Below are positions 1 to 10,478 of a DNA stretch of 64,000 bases, in pieces (within the stretch, counting starts at the first letter, position 1; each line of letters begins with the position of its first letter). The position numbers and the translations under genes were made by a program. The notes beneath the pieces were generated by a model that worked only from the letters and a program-made list of their open reading frames with translations, ran no database searches and was not told the origin of the DNA. The stretch covers positions 191,112-255,111 of the forward strand of contig CAZUKA010000002.1 in NCBI GenBank assembly GCA_964620905.1, given 5' to 3'. Source of the stretch: an uncultured Gammaproteobacteria bacterium. GTDB taxonomy: Bacteria > Patescibacteriota > Patescibacteriia > S139-126.

Positions 1-402
1 CCAAAAAAAGTAAAACATAGAAAATGGCAGCGCGGACGTATCCGTGGTAATGCTACCAGTGGTGACCGTTTACATTTTGGCGGTTATGGTTTAAAATCTT
101 TAGAGCCTAGATGGATTAGTTCACGACAAATCGAAGCCGCTAGACGAGCTATGACCAGATTTGTTCAGCGCGGTGCAAAAATTTGGATTCGTATTTTTCC
201 TGATAAACCCATAACCACTAAAGGTAATGAAATTCCGATGGGTAAAGGAAAAGGGGCGCCAGATCATTTTGTAGCAGTAGTCAAGCCAGGGACTTTGATA
301 TTTGAAATGGATGGTGTGGATGAAAAAGTAGCTCGTGAAGCAATGCGGCTGGCTGCTCACAAATTGCCTTGTAAGACAAAATTTGTGACTAAAGAATTGT
401 AA
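1..402 (+). CDS. rplP: 50S ribosomal protein L16, 5' end cut by window edge
   Basis: Frame 1 from nt 1 reads [16 protein letters not shown]...[20 protein letters not shown], a typical L16; it sits upstream of rpmC-rpsQ in canonical S10/spc order. Confidence 0.9.
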   Translation, partial: PKKVKHRKWQRGRIRGNATSGDRLHFGGYGLKSLEPRWISSRQIEAARRAMTRFVQRGAKIWIRIFPDKPITTKGNEIPMGKGKGAPDHFVAVVKPGTLIFEMDGVDEKVAREAMRLAAHKLPCKTKFVTKEL

Positions 403-406
403 ATTT

Positions 407-658
407 ATGAAATTTAAAGAATTAAAAGAAAAAAGTCGTGCCGAATTGGAAAAGTTGTTGGCCACTGAAAGAGCACATTGGCGTGATTTACGATTTCAGG
501 TTGCAGCAGAGCAAGAAAAACAAGTACATAAACTATCAGTTAGTCGTCGTACTATTGCTAGAATTTTAACTTTATTGAAGAGTGATAAATTGGAAAATAA
601 ACCCCGGCAGCAAAAAAGTGATAGCAATTTATCCAACGAAAAAAATATTAAAGAATAA
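407..658 (+). CDS. rpmC: 50S ribosomal protein L29 with Lys/Ser-rich C-terminal extension
   Basis: MKFKELKEKSRAELEKLL...RDLRFQ core; position between rplP and rpsQ. Confidence 0.8.
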   Translation: MKFKELKEKSRAELEKLLATERAHWRDLRFQVAAEQEKQVHKLSVSRRTIARILTLLKSDKLENKPRQQKSDSNLSNEKNIKE

Positions 659-664
659 TATATT

Positions 665-940
665 ATGACTGGTAAAGAAAATAAAAAAACATCTCGTACT
701 CCTAGACGTTTTAAAGGTGTGGTGGTGTCGGCAGCTATGAATAAAACAGCGGTTGTTAAAGTTACATCAATCAAGATACATCCTAAATATCGTAAACGCT
801 ATCAAGTAATGAAAAAATATCAAGCCCACGATGAGAAAAATGAATATAAAGTAAATGAAAGCGTGGTGATAGAAGAGGTTCGTCCGATTTCCAAACTAAA
901 GAAATGGCGGGTAATTGGTAAAGTAAACGAAAAAATATGA
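665..940 (+). CDS. rpsQ: 30S ribosomal protein S17
   Basis: [20 protein letters not shown]...[27 protein letters not shown] is a conserved S17 motif set. Confidence 0.9.
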   Translation: MTGKENKKTSRTPRRFKGVVVSAAMNKTAVVKVTSIKIHPKYRKRYQVMKKYQAHDEKNEYKVNESVVIEEVRPISKLKKWRVIGKVNEKI

Positions 941-1308
941 TTCAAGTTGGTACAAGATTAAAAGTAGCCGATAATTCCGGGGCGCGGGAAGTCCAATGTA
1001 TTAGAATATTGGGTGCTTCATTCCGTCGCTATGCTGGTATTGGCGATTTAATCATTGTCGCTACTAAGGATGCACAAGCGCATTCGGCTGTAAAGAAAGG
1101 TGAAGTATTAACGGCTGTAGTGGTACGAACTAAAAATGGTATTCGTCGTCAAGACGGCTCAACTTTAAGATTTTCTGAAAATGCTGTGGTAATTATTGAT
1201 AAAAAAACCAAAGAACCAAAAGCTTCTCGTATTTTTGGTCCAGTAGCTAGAGAGTTAAGAAATAAGGGTTTTACTAAAATAGTATCTTTGGCACCGGAAG
1301 TATTATAA
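937..1308 (+). CDS. rplN: 50S ribosomal protein L14
   Basis: [26 protein letters not shown]...; 4-nt overlap with rpsQ. Confidence 0.95.
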   Translation: MIQVGTRLKVADNSGAREVQCIRILGASFRRYAGIGDLIIVATKDAQAHSAVKKGEVLTAVVVRTKNGIRRQDGSTLRFSENAVVIIDKKTKEPKASRIFGPVARELRNKGFTKIVSLAPEVL

Positions 1309-1314
1309 AAATAT

Positions 1315-1623
1315 ATGAATTTAAAAAAGAATGATAATGTAAAAATAATAGTTGGTAAAGATAAGGGTAAACAAGGTAAAATCACCCAGCTTTTTCCTAA
1401 GGAAAAAAAAGTAGTAGTTGAAGGACTTAACGTTACTAAAAAACATTTACGTCCAAGGAAAAAAGGTGAAGCTGGACAGGTAATAGAATTTTTTTCACCA
1501 TTACCAATCAATAAAGTCCAGTTAATTTGTCCTAAGTGTGGACGTCAGACTAGGATTGGTTGGCAGTTGACCAATGAAGGTGAAAAAGTAAGGTTTTGTA
1601 AAAAATGTAAAGCCAGTATATAA
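1315..1623 (+). CDS. rplX: 50S ribosomal protein L24, Cys4 variant
   Basis: KIIVGKDKGKQGKI KOW motif; C-terminus carries CPKC...CKKC. Confidence 0.85.
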   Translation: MNLKKNDNVKIIVGKDKGKQGKITQLFPKEKKVVVEGLNVTKKHLRPRKKGEAGQVIEFFSPLPINKVQLICPKCGRQTRIGWQLTNEGEKVRFCKKCKASI

Positions 1624-1625
1624 AT

Positions 1626-2168
1626 ATGAATCAATTACAAAAAAAATTTAATCAAACAATCAGACCGGCCTTACAAAAAGAATTGAATTTAAAAAGTATT
1701 ATGGCCGTACCGAGATTAGATAAAGTAGTTTTGAATGTTGGTGTTGGTAAAGGTTTGAAAGATGAAAAATATATTGAAGCAGTAATATCAACTTTACAGC
1801 GGATTACCGGTCAAAAACCAGTGCGCACCAAGGCTAAAAAATCAATTGCTGCTTTCAAGATTAGAGAAGGTAATACAGTGGGTTTGAAAGTGACATTACG
1901 AGGGACACGAATGTATGATTTTATAGAAAAGTTGATCAATATTAGTTTACCGCGGGTGCGTGATTTTCAAGGATTAAAAGCGAACAGTTTTGATGGTCGG
2001 GGAAATTATACTTTGGGAATTAAAGAACATATTATTTTTCCCGAAATTAAAGCTGATGAAGTTGAAAATTTGCACGGTTTAGAAATTGTCATAGTGACTA
2101 CCACAAATGACGATCAGCAAACTAAAAGCTTATTACAAGCAATTAATTTTCCTTTTAGTAAAAAATAA
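1626..2168 (+). CDS. rplE: 50S ribosomal protein L5
   Basis: Conserved L5 sequence, 180 aa, spc-operon position. Confidence 0.95.
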   Translation: MNQLQKKFNQTIRPALQKELNLKSIMAVPRLDKVVLNVGVGKGLKDEKYIEAVISTLQRITGQKPVRTKAKKSIAAFKIREGNTVGLKVTLRGTRMYDFIEKLINISLPRVRDFQGLKANSFDGRGNYTLGIKEHIIFPEIKADEVENLHGLEIVIVTTTNDDQQTKSLLQAINFPFSKK

Positions 2169-2171
2169 TTT

Positions 2172-2366
2172 ATGGCTACCAAAGCACAAATTGCCAAATC
2201 AAACAGATCCGTTGTTAAACCAAAATTTTCTACACGAGTAGTGAGGCGTTGTTGGCGTTGTGGTCGAAAACGAGGTTATTTGCGTGATTTCAAAATGTGT
2301 CGAATATGTTTTCGTGAATTAGCTTCTAAAGGTGATTTACCTGGTGTGACCAAAAGTAGCTGGTAA
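2172..2366 (+). CDS. rpsZ: 30S ribosomal protein S14 type Z (zinc-binding)
   Basis: 61-64 aa short form with [10 protein letters not shown]...CRIC Cys4. Confidence 0.9.
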   Translation: MATKAQIAKSNRSVVKPKFSTRVVRRCWRCGRKRGYLRDFKMCRICFRELASKGDLPGVTKSSW

Positions 2367-2396
2367 TAATTAATCTATAAATTAAAGTAATTTCAT

Positions 2397-2783
2397 ATGA
2401 CCGATCCTATTGCCGATATGCTTACAAGAATAAGAAATGCCTTGCGTGTGCATAAAACGGAAGTGAGTATACCCTATTCTAAATTGAAAGTAAAAATAGC
2501 AGACATTTTGCAACGCGAAGGTTATATTAATAGTTTTAGTGAACAACCGCAAAATCGGTTGATTAAATTACAGTTGAAATATTTATCCAACGGTCAACCG
2601 GTTATCAGTGTTTTAAAAAGAATTTCCACACCTGGTCGAAGAGTGTATTGTCGAGCGGATAAATTACCTCGAGTTTTAAATAATCTCGGTATTGCAATTT
2701 TATCAACACCCCAAGGTATGATGACTGCCGCTGATGCTAAACAGAAAAAAGTGGGTGGAGAAATAATTTGTGAAATTTATTAA
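2397..2783 (+). CDS. rpsH: 30S ribosomal protein S8
   Basis: MTDPIADMLTRIRNA... conserved N-terminus. Confidence 0.95.
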   Translation: MTDPIADMLTRIRNALRVHKTEVSIPYSKLKVKIADILQREGYINSFSEQPQNRLIKLQLKYLSNGQPVISVLKRISTPGRRVYCRADKLPRVLNNLGIAILSTPQGMMTAADAKQKKVGGEIICEIY

Positions 2784-2785
2784 TT

Positions 2786-3331
2786 ATGAGCAGATTAGCC
2801 AAAAAACCAATTACTTTACCAACCGGAGTCAGTTTTACAATTGACGAAGGTTTTTATGTGATTCGTGGTTCTCAAGGGGAAATAAAAAAGCCGATTTTAC
2901 CCAGAGTAAAAGCGGACATCAAGGATGACAAATTATTTTTAAGTGTACCTGATCTAGAACGAAGTGAGGATAGAGCATATTTGGGTACAGCCGTTCGGGT
3001 GATTTCCAATATGATTGTTGGTGTTACCAAAGGTTATAGTAAACAATTGGAGATAAACGGAGTTGGTTATAAAGCGGAAATGAGAGGGAAAAATCTAGTT
3101 TTATCTGTGGGTTATTCTCATCCGGTTGAATTTAAAGAAGTTCCGGGGGTTAGTTTACAGGTAGAAAAAAATATTATCACTGTAGCTGGTATTGATAAAG
3201 TGTTAGTGGGTCAGGTGGCAGCTAATATTAGAAAAATTAGAAAACCCGAACCATATAAGGGAAAGGGTATAAAATATATCGACGAAGTTATTATCCGTAA
3301 AGAGGGCAAACAGGTAAAGGCCCAAGCCTAA
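2786..3331 (+). CDS. rplF: 50S ribosomal protein L6
   Basis: [15 protein letters not shown]..., two-domain L6, 181 aa. Confidence 0.95.
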   Translation: MSRLAKKPITLPTGVSFTIDEGFYVIRGSQGEIKKPILPRVKADIKDDKLFLSVPDLERSEDRAYLGTAVRVISNMIVGVTKGYSKQLEINGVGYKAEMRGKNLVLSVGYSHPVEFKEVPGVSLQVEKNIITVAGIDKVLVGQVAANIRKIRKPEPYKGKGIKYIDEVIIRKEGKQVKAQA

Positions 3332-3332
3332 T

Positions 3333-3680
3333 TTGAAAAATATGTTAAAGAAACAATTATCAAGATTACATCGCCACAATCGAGTTAGAGCAAAAGTTAA
3401 AGGTACCACTAAACGTCCTCGTTTAGTTGTTTTTCGAAGTTTGCAACACATAGAAGTCCAACTGATTGATGATTCTAAAGGTATGACTTTAGCTAGTAGT
3501 CACGATCGGAAATTGAAAGGTAATAAAACTACCCGAGCCGAAATGGTTGGTAGTGAAATTGCTAAACTGGCGCAAAATAAAAAAATAAAAACCGTGATTT
3601 TTGATCGCAATGGTTATAAATATCACGGTCGAGTTAAAGCTTTGGCAGAGGCGGCCAGGGCAGGGGGATTAATTTTTTAA
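3333..3680 (+). CDS. rplR: 50S ribosomal protein L18
   Basis: RPRLVVFRS...[14 protein letters not shown] motifs. Confidence 0.9.
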   Translation: MKNMLKKQLSRLHRHNRVRAKVKGTTKRPRLVVFRSLQHIEVQLIDDSKGMTLASSHDRKLKGNKTTRAEMVGSEIAKLAQNKKIKTVIFDRNGYKYHGRVKALAEAARAGGLIF

Positions 3681-3683
3681 AAT

Positions 3684-4202
3684 ATGGTAAAGAAAATGAT
3701 ACAATCAAAAGGTAAAGAAAATATGGAAGTGATTAAACCAGTAGAAGAGTTTGAACAAAAGATAATTGATTTAGCCAGAGTAACCAGAGTGATGGCCGGT
3801 GGCAAAAGAATGCGTTTTCGCGCTTGTGTAGTTATTGGCAATAAACGTGGTCAGATTGGTTATGCTATTGCTAAAGGAGCGGATGTTACTTTAGCGGTCA
3901 ATAAAGCTGTAACCAAAGCCAAAAAGAATTTATTGTCAGTTGTTATTTATCGTGACACTATTCCTCATGAAATTAGAGCCAAATACAAAGCTGCCAGTGT
4001 TATTATTAAGCCAGCACCATTGGGTACTGGAGTGAAAGCTGGTGGAGCAGTGCGAGAAGTTTTGGCAGTGTCTGGTATCCCCAACATTGTAGCTAAGATA
4101 CTGGGTTCCAATAATAAAATTAATAATGTCAAAGTTACATTTTTAGCTTTGCAAAAATTACAAGTTCAGTCTGGGAATCGTCAGTTAAAAGAAAAAGAAT
4201 AA
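3684..4202 (+). CDS. rpsE: 30S ribosomal protein S5
   Basis: dsRBD plus S5 C-terminal domain; VMAGGKRMRFRA..GNKRGQIGYA. Confidence 0.95.
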   Translation: MVKKMIQSKGKENMEVIKPVEEFEQKIIDLARVTRVMAGGKRMRFRACVVIGNKRGQIGYAIAKGADVTLAVNKAVTKAKKNLLSVVIYRDTIPHEIRAKYKAASVIIKPAPLGTGVKAGGAVREVLAVSGIPNIVAKILGSNNKINNVKVTFLALQKLQVQSGNRQLKEKE

Positions 4203-4205
4203 ATT

Positions 4206-4664
4206 ATGCTTACTTTACATAATCTTAAAAAAACTAGGGTAAAAAAAATAAAACGTTTAGGTCGGGGTAATGCCAGTCGAGGAAATTATTCCGGTCGTGG
4301 TATGAAAGGACAGAAGTCAAGAAGTGGTGTAGGTGGATTGAAACGTATGGGAGTTAAAGCTTGGTTGATGAAAGTGCCTAAAAAACGTGGTTTTTCCAGT
4401 CCAATAAAACCAAAAGCCAATGTGACGCTTGAGCAATTAGATAAGGCATTTTCCAGTGGTGAAAAGGTTGATATTTTTCGGTTGCGAGAAAGAGGATTGA
4501 TTGACAATCATAAGCAAGGAGTAAAAGTAATTGCTACCGGTAAAATCACTAAACCTTTAACGATTAAAGTTCACGCTTTGAGTGCTAAGGCCAAAGCAGC
4601 AATAGAACAAGCTGGTGGTCAAGTAGAATTGATAGGAAAAACAGGGGAGAAAAAAAATAAATAA
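4206..4664 (+). CDS. rplO: 50S ribosomal protein L15 (follows S5 directly; no L30 gene)
   Basis: [23 protein letters not shown] glycine-rich L15 motif. Confidence 0.9.
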   Translation: MLTLHNLKKTRVKKIKRLGRGNASRGNYSGRGMKGQKSRSGVGGLKRMGVKAWLMKVPKKRGFSSPIKPKANVTLEQLDKAFSSGEKVDIFRLRERGLIDNHKQGVKVIATGKITKPLTIKVHALSAKAKAAIEQAGGQVELIGKTGEKKNK

Positions 4665-4666
4665 TT

Positions 4667-5959
4667 ATGACTTGGTATCAAAAAATTCAACGTGTTTGGC
4701 GGACAAAAGAAATTAGGAATGACATTTTGTTTGTATTATTGATCCTGGTAATTTTTAGGGTTGGTGCTCATATACCAATTCCAGGTATTGATGTTGGTAA
4801 TCTACGTAATTTTTTTGCCTCCAATCAAATATTGGGACTTTTAAATCTTTTTTCTGGTGGAGGTTTAGAAAATTTTTCTATTATGATGTTGGGTGTAGGT
4901 CCTTATATTACTGCTTCCATTATTTTTCAACTTTTGGTAATGATTGTTCCCAAATTTGAAGAATTATCAAAGGAAGGTGAGTCAGGTCAAAGAAAAATAA
5001 ATCAATATACTCGCTGGGCTACCATACCACTCGCGATTTTACAAGGTTATGGTTTTATTACTCTCATGCAGAGACAAGGTACTGGCGGGGGTGTAAGTTT
5101 GTTAGGTGAATTGACAGTTTTTCAATATGTTACAGCAATCTTAACCGTTACCGCTGGAACAATGCTTTTGACTTGGTTGGGTGATTTGATTTCCGAGCGC
5201 CATATTGGCAATGGTGTGTCGTTGTTGATTTTTGCTGGTATAGTAGCTGGATTACCAACAGCCCTGCAGCAAGTTTTATTAGCTTATGATATTACTCAAC
5301 TAACAACCATTATTTTATTTGCCGCTATTTCCTTAGTAACAGTGGTGGGAGTTGTATTTATTACCGAAGGGCAAAGAAATATACCGGTAACCTATGCAAG
5401 GCGAGTAGTTGGTATGAAGCAGTATGGTGGTACTAACACTCATTTACCGTTGCGAGTAAATCAGGGTGGTGTTATTCCTATTATTTTTGCTATTTCGGTT
5501 ATAATATTTCCTTCAATGATTGCTCAATTTTTTGTACAGGCCAAGAGTGTTTGGCTTGCAAATGGTGCCAACTATATCATCCAATTATTTAACAATCAGG
5601 TTTTTTATGGTATTTTTTATTTCATTTTAGTTGTGGCTTTCACTTATTTTTATTCGGCAGTGGTTTTCAAACCTGATCAGGTTGCTGAAAATTTACAAAA
5701 GCAGGGGGGGTTTATTCCAGGTATCAGACCAGGACGTCCAACATCAGATTATTTACAAGCCACAGTTAGTCGTATCAATTTAACTGGCTCAATGTTTTTG
5801 GGAATAATTGCTGTTTTACCTTTAATTTTGCAAGCTTATACCGGTATGAGTACCCTGGTAATTGGTGGTACTTCATTGTTAATCGTTGTTTCGGTAGTTT
5901 TGGAATCAGTCAAAAAGGTAGTAGCACAGTTGGAAATGCACGATTATGACGCCTATTGA
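4667..5959 (+). CDS. secY: preprotein translocase subunit SecY
   Basis: 430 aa, 10 TM; conserved SecY motifs (GIMPYI-like, LQ..GG); follows rplO. Confidence 0.95.
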   Translation: MTWYQKIQRVWRTKEIRNDILFVLLILVIFRVGAHIPIPGIDVGNLRNFFASNQILGLLNLFSGGGLENFSIMMLGVGPYITASIIFQLLVMIVPKFEELSKEGESGQRKINQYTRWATIPLAILQGYGFITLMQRQGTGGGVSLLGELTVFQYVTAILTVTAGTMLLTWLGDLISERHIGNGVSLLIFAGIVAGLPTALQQVLLAYDITQLTTIILFAAISLVTVVGVVFITEGQRNIPVTYARRVVGMKQYGGTNTHLPLRVNQGGVIPIIFAISVIIFPSMIAQFFVQAKSVWLANGANYIIQLFNNQVFYGIFYFILVVAFTYFYSAVVFKPDQVAENLQKQGGFIPGIRPGRPTSDYLQATVSRINLTGSMFLGIIAVLPLILQAYTGMSTLVIGGTSLLIVVSVVLESVKKVVAQLEMHDYDAY

Positions 5960-5975
5960 TGATTACTTTTGTTTT

Positions 5976-6010
5976 CCGCTCCGATAAAATTGTCTCCGGA
6001 GCGGTTTTTT
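5976..6010 (+). terminator. intrinsic terminator between secY and adk
   Basis: CCGCTCCG-12 nt loop-CGGAGCGG then TTTTTT. Confidence 0.6.
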
Positions 6011-6055
6011 ATTTTTCTTAAAATCGTATACAATATAACTGTTAATTTGTTTTTT

Positions 6056-6691
6056 ATGTATAATATAGTCATTATAGGTCCACAGGGTTCAGGTAAAGGC
6101 ACGCAAGCTGCTCTAATTGCTGATAAATATCATTTAGTCAATATTTCTACGGGTGTGATGTTTAGGGAGGCGATAAAAAATCAGACCGAATTAGGATTGG
6201 CAGTAAAAACAATTATTGATCGGGGAGATTTGGTACCCGATGATTTAACCAATGAATTAGTCTTAGCTAGATTGAGTAAAAATGATTGTCAAAATGGTTT
6301 TATTTTGGATGGTTATCCTAGAAATTTGTTGCAAGCTGAATATTTATTGTCACATCAGTCAATTACTCATGTTTTGGAAATTTGGATTTCTGATGAAGAA
6401 GCGGTTAAAAGAATTTCCGGTCGTTGGATGTGTGTTTGCGGTGCCACTTACCATATTCAGTATAATCCACCTCAACAAAAAAACATTTGTGATCGTTGTG
6501 GCCAAAAATTATTTCAACGTGATGACGATGTCGCCGAAGCAGTAAAACAACGTCTTAAACTCTATCATCAAGAAACAGAGTCAATTATAAGCTTTTTTCA
6601 TAATAAAGGTTTACATTATCGCATAAATGGTGAGCAAATTATTCCTGACGTAGCTCGTGATGTATATGTGATTTTGGATAAAAAACAATGA
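6056..6691 (+). CDS. adk: adenylate kinase with Cys4 zinc LID
   Basis: IIGPQGSGKGTQA P-loop; CVCG...CDRCG lid. The ORF-track TTG start at 5969 runs through the secY terminator, so the ATG at 6056 is preferred. Confidence 0.9.
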   Translation: MYNIVIIGPQGSGKGTQAALIADKYHLVNISTGVMFREAIKNQTELGLAVKTIIDRGDLVPDDLTNELVLARLSKNDCQNGFILDGYPRNLLQAEYLLSHQSITHVLEIWISDEEAVKRISGRWMCVCGATYHIQYNPPQQKNICDRCGQKLFQRDDDVAEAVKQRLKLYHQETESIISFFHNKGLHYRINGEQIIPDVARDVYVILDKKQ

Positions 6692-7437
6692 TAATTTCCA
6701 GTGAAAAAGATTTAATAAAATTAAAGGCGGGAGGGAAAATTTTGTCCGCTGTTTTACAAACTGTGAGTGGATCAGCCAGAATAGGTGTCAGTACCTGTGA
6801 ACTTGATGAATTAGCCAGTAAAACTATCAAACAATTAGGAGCTCGTCCGTCTTTTTTAGATTACCAAGGTTATCCAGCAACTTTGTGCACTTCGGTTAAT
6901 GAACAATTAGTTCATGGTTTACCAGGTAATTATAAATTAAAAAATGGTGATATTTTGGGTATTGATTGTGGTATCTGGTATGAGGGTTTTTGTACTGACA
7001 TGGCCTTGACTATTGGTATTGGTAATATCTCTCAAGAGGATAAAAAACTAATTAATATTACCAAAGAATCTTTACAGGTAGGATTAAATCAAGTTAAGGC
7101 GGGAAAAAAGGTTGGAGATTATGGTGCAGCAGTACAAAATTATGTTGAAAAAAATGGTTTCGCTGTGATTCGCGGTTTAGTCGGACACGGCGTAGGATTA
7201 GAAGTACACGAAGAACCACGTATTCCAAATTTTGGTCGTGCCAATGAGGGTAAATTGTTTACCAAAGGTATGGTACTGGCATTAGAGCCAATGGTGGCAT
7301 TAGGTTCGTATCAAGTGGAGACTTTGAGTGATGGTTGGACAATAGTAATGACCGATGGTAGCAATTCAGCACATTTTGAATTGACTGTGATGGTTACAAA
7401 TAATGGTTATGAATTAATTACCCCGCTCATTTGGTAG
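6688..7437 (+). CDS. map: methionine aminopeptidase type I
   Basis: Conserved metal-ligand regions (D..D..H..E..E) typical of MetAP; follows adk. Confidence 0.9.
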   Translation: MIISSEKDLIKLKAGGKILSAVLQTVSGSARIGVSTCELDELASKTIKQLGARPSFLDYQGYPATLCTSVNEQLVHGLPGNYKLKNGDILGIDCGIWYEGFCTDMALTIGIGNISQEDKKLINITKESLQVGLNQVKAGKKVGDYGAAVQNYVEKNGFAVIRGLVGHGVGLEVHEEPRIPNFGRANEGKLFTKGMVLALEPMVALGSYQVETLSDGWTIVMTDGSNSAHFELTVMVTNNGYELITPLIW

Positions 7438-7453
7438 TTATTAATCTTAGCAA

Positions 7454-7840
7454 ATGAAAATACTTGGTATTGATTATGGTGATAAAAAAATAGGTTTGAG
7501 TTTATCGGCTGATAAACTTGCCTTACCTTGGCAAACTTTAAAAAATTTTACTTCACCAATTCAAGCTATCGATCAAATTGTACAAATTATTTTTCAAGAA
7601 AAGATTGATGCTGTAGTGGTTGGTTGGCCGTTGTCTTTATCGGGTAAATTTTCTTCTCAAACCAGAGTTGTAGAAGATTTTATAGATAAATTGAAACAAA
7701 AAATAACTATACCGCTTGCGGTGGTTGATGAAAGATTTTCTAGTCAACTAGCCCAAGCACAAGCCGTTGGTAAAAATGATGACGCCCAGGCAGCGGCTAA
7801 TATTTTACAAAGTTATTTAGATCAACAAAGCAATCAATAA
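7454..7840 (+). CDS. ruvX: putative pre-16S rRNA nuclease / Holliday junction resolvase-like YqgF
   Basis: MKILGIDYGDKKIGLSLS N-terminus is the RuvX/YqgF signature. Confidence 0.75.
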   Translation: MKILGIDYGDKKIGLSLSADKLALPWQTLKNFTSPIQAIDQIVQIIFQEKIDAVVVGWPLSLSGKFSSQTRVVEDFIDKLKQKITIPLAVVDERFSSQLAQAQAVGKNDDAQAAANILQSYLDQQSNQ

Positions 7841-7841
7841 T

Positions 7842-8930
7842 ATGTTCAAAGGTACTATTTGGTTTTACATTTTCCCTTTTATTTTTTCTTTGCTGTTAGT
7901 GCAACCTCTGACTTTATTTGTTTATCGATTAGCTAAAAAATTTAGAATTTTAGATCAGCCAGACAGTAATCGTAAATTACATCAACGCGCTGTGCCTTTA
8001 CTTGGCGGAGTGGCTCTAGGAGTAGGGTTTATTTTTTGTGTTTTTTTATTTATATTTTTGGATTTTTTTGCAGATGGTCGTTTATTAGGAAATCATATTT
8101 ATGCTTTATTGGTAGCAAGTTTTTTGCTAATCTTAGGAGGAATTTTAGATGATAAATTTCAGCTTTCTCCTGGCCGGCAATTTATTTGGCCTTTAGCAGC
8201 AGTAGTAGTGGTTTTATTGGCTGGCATTCAGATACACTATATAACTAATCCTTTGGGTGGTATTTTGTATTTTGACACCTGGCAAGTATTTTTAGGAAAA
8301 TATACTTTATTGCCCCTACCAATAATTTTTTCATTTTTTTGGTTGTTGGGTATGATTTACACCACAAAATTTTTAGATGGACTTGATGGTTTGGTTTCCG
8401 GAATGACTTTTTTGGGTGCCTTTTTTATATTCTTAGTATCTTTGGTTTGGGATGTTCCTTACTCGGGCACATCGGTGTTGGCGTTGCTGGTAGCAGGATT
8501 GATGTTTGGTTTTTTATTTTGGAATTTTTATCCAGCCAAAATTTTTTTAGGTGAATCAGGTTCTACTTTAGCAGGTTTATGGCTTGGGGTACTGGCAATC
8601 ATTTCTGGTGGAAAAATTGCCACCGCCTTGCTGGTGATGGGATTACCAATTTTAGATGTTGTGTGGGTAATTTTACGTCGTTTATTTTGGGAAAAAAGAT
8701 CACCCACTGCTGGAGATCGAAAACATTTACATTTTCGTTTGTTGTCAGCCGGTTTTTCTCATCGTCAAGCTGTTTTATTTTTATATTTGATTGCTGTATT
8801 GTTTGGCTCAGTGGCTTTATTGCAAAATTCCAAAGGTAAGTTGTGGTTGCTATTGGCTTTGCTAGTTATTATGTTTTTGATTGCTTCAGTTTTATTTTTA
8901 ATTTATAAAAAAAATAATGTTAAAAAATAA
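7842..8930 (+). CDS. polyprenyl-phosphate N-acetylhexosamine-1-phosphate transferase (WecA/TagO/MraY superfamily)
   Basis: ILDQPDSNRKLHQRAVPLLGG and DD motif, about 10 TM. Confidence 0.6.
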   Translation: MFKGTIWFYIFPFIFSLLLVQPLTLFVYRLAKKFRILDQPDSNRKLHQRAVPLLGGVALGVGFIFCVFLFIFLDFFADGRLLGNHIYALLVASFLLILGGILDDKFQLSPGRQFIWPLAAVVVVLLAGIQIHYITNPLGGILYFDTWQVFLGKYTLLPLPIIFSFFWLLGMIYTTKFLDGLDGLVSGMTFLGAFFIFLVSLVWDVPYSGTSVLALLVAGLMFGFLFWNFYPAKIFLGESGSTLAGLWLGVLAIISGGKIATALLVMGLPILDVVWVILRRLFWEKRSPTAGDRKHLHFRLLSAGFSHRQAVLFLYLIAVLFGSVALLQNSKGKLWLLLALLVIMFLIASVLFLIYKKNNVKK

Positions 8931-9387
8931 ACTAATTTTTATAATTTTAATTTTATTTTTTTTAACTGGTTGTAAGCAAACAGCATCTACTTTATCGAAT
9001 CAAAAGATACTAGATAACCAACCAAAACAAATTTCCTCAGTGCTTATTAACGGTGAGGTTTTTCAAGTAGAGCTAGCCACCACCAAAGAACAACAAATCA
9101 AAGGTTTAGCCGGCAGAGAAAATATAGCCAATAATTTTGGGATGTTATTTGTATATGATGATTATATTTTACCTGGTTTTTGGATGAAAGATATGTTATT
9201 TCCTTTGGATATTATTTGGTTAAGAGATAATATAATAATTGGTTGGGAAACAGCTGCAGTTTATTTAACCAATGATCCTTTGTCCATTTATTACCCCCCA
9301 ACGCCAATAAATAATGTGTTGGAAGTACCAGCCGGTACAGCTGTTAGATTGGAGTTGAAAGTTGGTCAAAAGGTAACCTACCAATAA
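8917..9387 (+). CDS. DUF192-family lipoprotein
   Basis: Signal peptide with lipobox LTGC; GMLFVYDD...FWMKDMLFPLDIIWL resembles the DUF192/COG1430 core. Confidence 0.5.
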   Translation: MLKNKLIFIILILFFLTGCKQTASTLSNQKILDNQPKQISSVLINGEVFQVELATTKEQQIKGLAGRENIANNFGMLFVYDDYILPGFWMKDMLFPLDIIWLRDNIIIGWETAAVYLTNDPLSIYYPPTPINNVLEVPAGTAVRLELKVGQKVTYQ

Positions 9388-9390
9388 GTG

Positions 9391-9419
9391 TTGACTATAA
9401 AGGTAAATTGGTATAGAAT
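9391..9419 (+). promoter_or_regulatory. sigma70-like promoter for rplU
   Basis: TTGACT-17-TAGAAT, 31 nt upstream of ATG. Confidence 0.5.
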
Positions 9420-9449
9420 ATTTATACTAATAAAATAATATAGGAATTT

Positions 9450-9764
9450 ATGAATTTAGCTGTAATTAAGACTGGCGGTAAACAATATGTTGTGACCCCA
9501 GATAAAAAACTCAAGGTAGAAAAGTTAGATATAGCTAATGGACAAGCGTTTGATTTTTCCGAGGTTTTATTGCTAGCTGATAGTAAGAGTATTAAATTAG
9601 GCGAGCCATTTTTAAAAAATGTTAAAGTTAAAGCGTCGGTGATAGCACAGGGAAAAGCAGATAAAGTTATTGGACATCATTACAAGCCAAAAACTAGAAA
9701 CAAGAAAAAGTTTGGTCACCGACAACCGTTTACTGAAGTAAAAATTGAAAAAATTGATTTTTAA
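9450..9764 (+). CDS. rplU: 50S ribosomal protein L21
   Basis: MNLAVIKTGGKQYVV...; not followed by rpmA. Confidence 0.85.
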   Translation: MNLAVIKTGGKQYVVTPDKKLKVEKLDIANGQAFDFSEVLLLADSKSIKLGEPFLKNVKVKASVIAQGKADKVIGHHYKPKTRNKKKFGHRQPFTEVKIEKIDF

Positions 9765-9782
9765 TTAGAATAAATTTAACAA

Positions 9783-9815
9783 ATCAGCCCCTGTAAGAAT
9801 GGGGCTGATTTTATT
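9783..9815. terminator. bidirectional terminator between rplU(+) and recR(-)
   Basis: ATCAGCCCC-tgtaagaat-GGGGCTGAT followed by TTTATT, A-rich on the other side. Confidence 0.6.
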
Positions 9816-9866
9816 GAAAATAAATTTAGTCAGGCCAACTAAGTTAATTAATTTGGTTAAACCGTT

Positions 9867-10475
9867 TTATTTTATTTGTTGTCTGTTTGCCAATGCCTCG
9901 CTTAGAGTAACATCATCAGCATATTCTAGATCTGCACCCATCGGCAAACCTCGAGCCAATTTAGTCAAAGGGATATTTAGTGAGGAAAGAATTTTTTTTA
10001 AATACAGAGCAGTTGTTTCCCCACTCATGTCAGGGTTGAAGGCCAGAATAATTTCTTTAAATTTTGGTTTAGCATCTTTTATTCTGGTTAGTAGTTGGGG
10101 AATTTTTATTTCTTCAGGTCCCATATTTTGCCATGGTTCTAAACAACCATCTAAAATAAAATATAAACCTTGAAAATGGTTAGTTTTTTCAATAGCTCTT
10201 AAATCAGTGTTACTACTGACTACACACAGTAAGGTATTATCACGTTCAGGCTGACGGCAAATTTCGCATAAATCTGTAGCTGAAAAATTTCGGCAAGATT
10301 GACAACGAGTTAGTTCGGAACCTAGTTTAGCCAGGTCTTTACTTAATTCTTGAAGTAGATTTTTTGGTTGTTGAAGTAAATATAAAACAATTCGTTCGGC
10401 GGTTTTAGGACCAAGCGAAGGGAAATGAGCAATTGTATCAATCACTTTTTGGATTAGGGCAGGATAACCATTCAT
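9867..10475 (-). CDS. recR: recombination protein RecR
   Basis: Helix-hairpin-helix, C4 zinc finger CQSCRN..CEIC, Toprim domain. Confidence 0.9.
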   Translation of the reverse strand: MNGYPALIQKVIDTIAHFPSLGPKTAERIVLYLLQQPKNLLQELSKDLAKLGSELTRCQSCRNFSATDLCEICRQPERDNTLLCVVSSNTDLRAIEKTNHFQGLYFILDGCLEPWQNMGPEEIKIPQLLTRIKDAKPKFKEIILAFNPDMSGETTALYLKKILSSLNIPLTKLARGLPMGADLEYADDVTLSEALANRQQIK

Positions 10476-10478
10476 AGT

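Noticed and set aside
121-4507. Minus-strand ORFs inside the ribosomal protein operon (121-465, 496-774, 1149-1511, 3203-3451, 4286-4507)
   Set aside because: They lie antisense to highly conserved r-protein genes, have low-complexity translations and no motifs. These are shadow ORFs.
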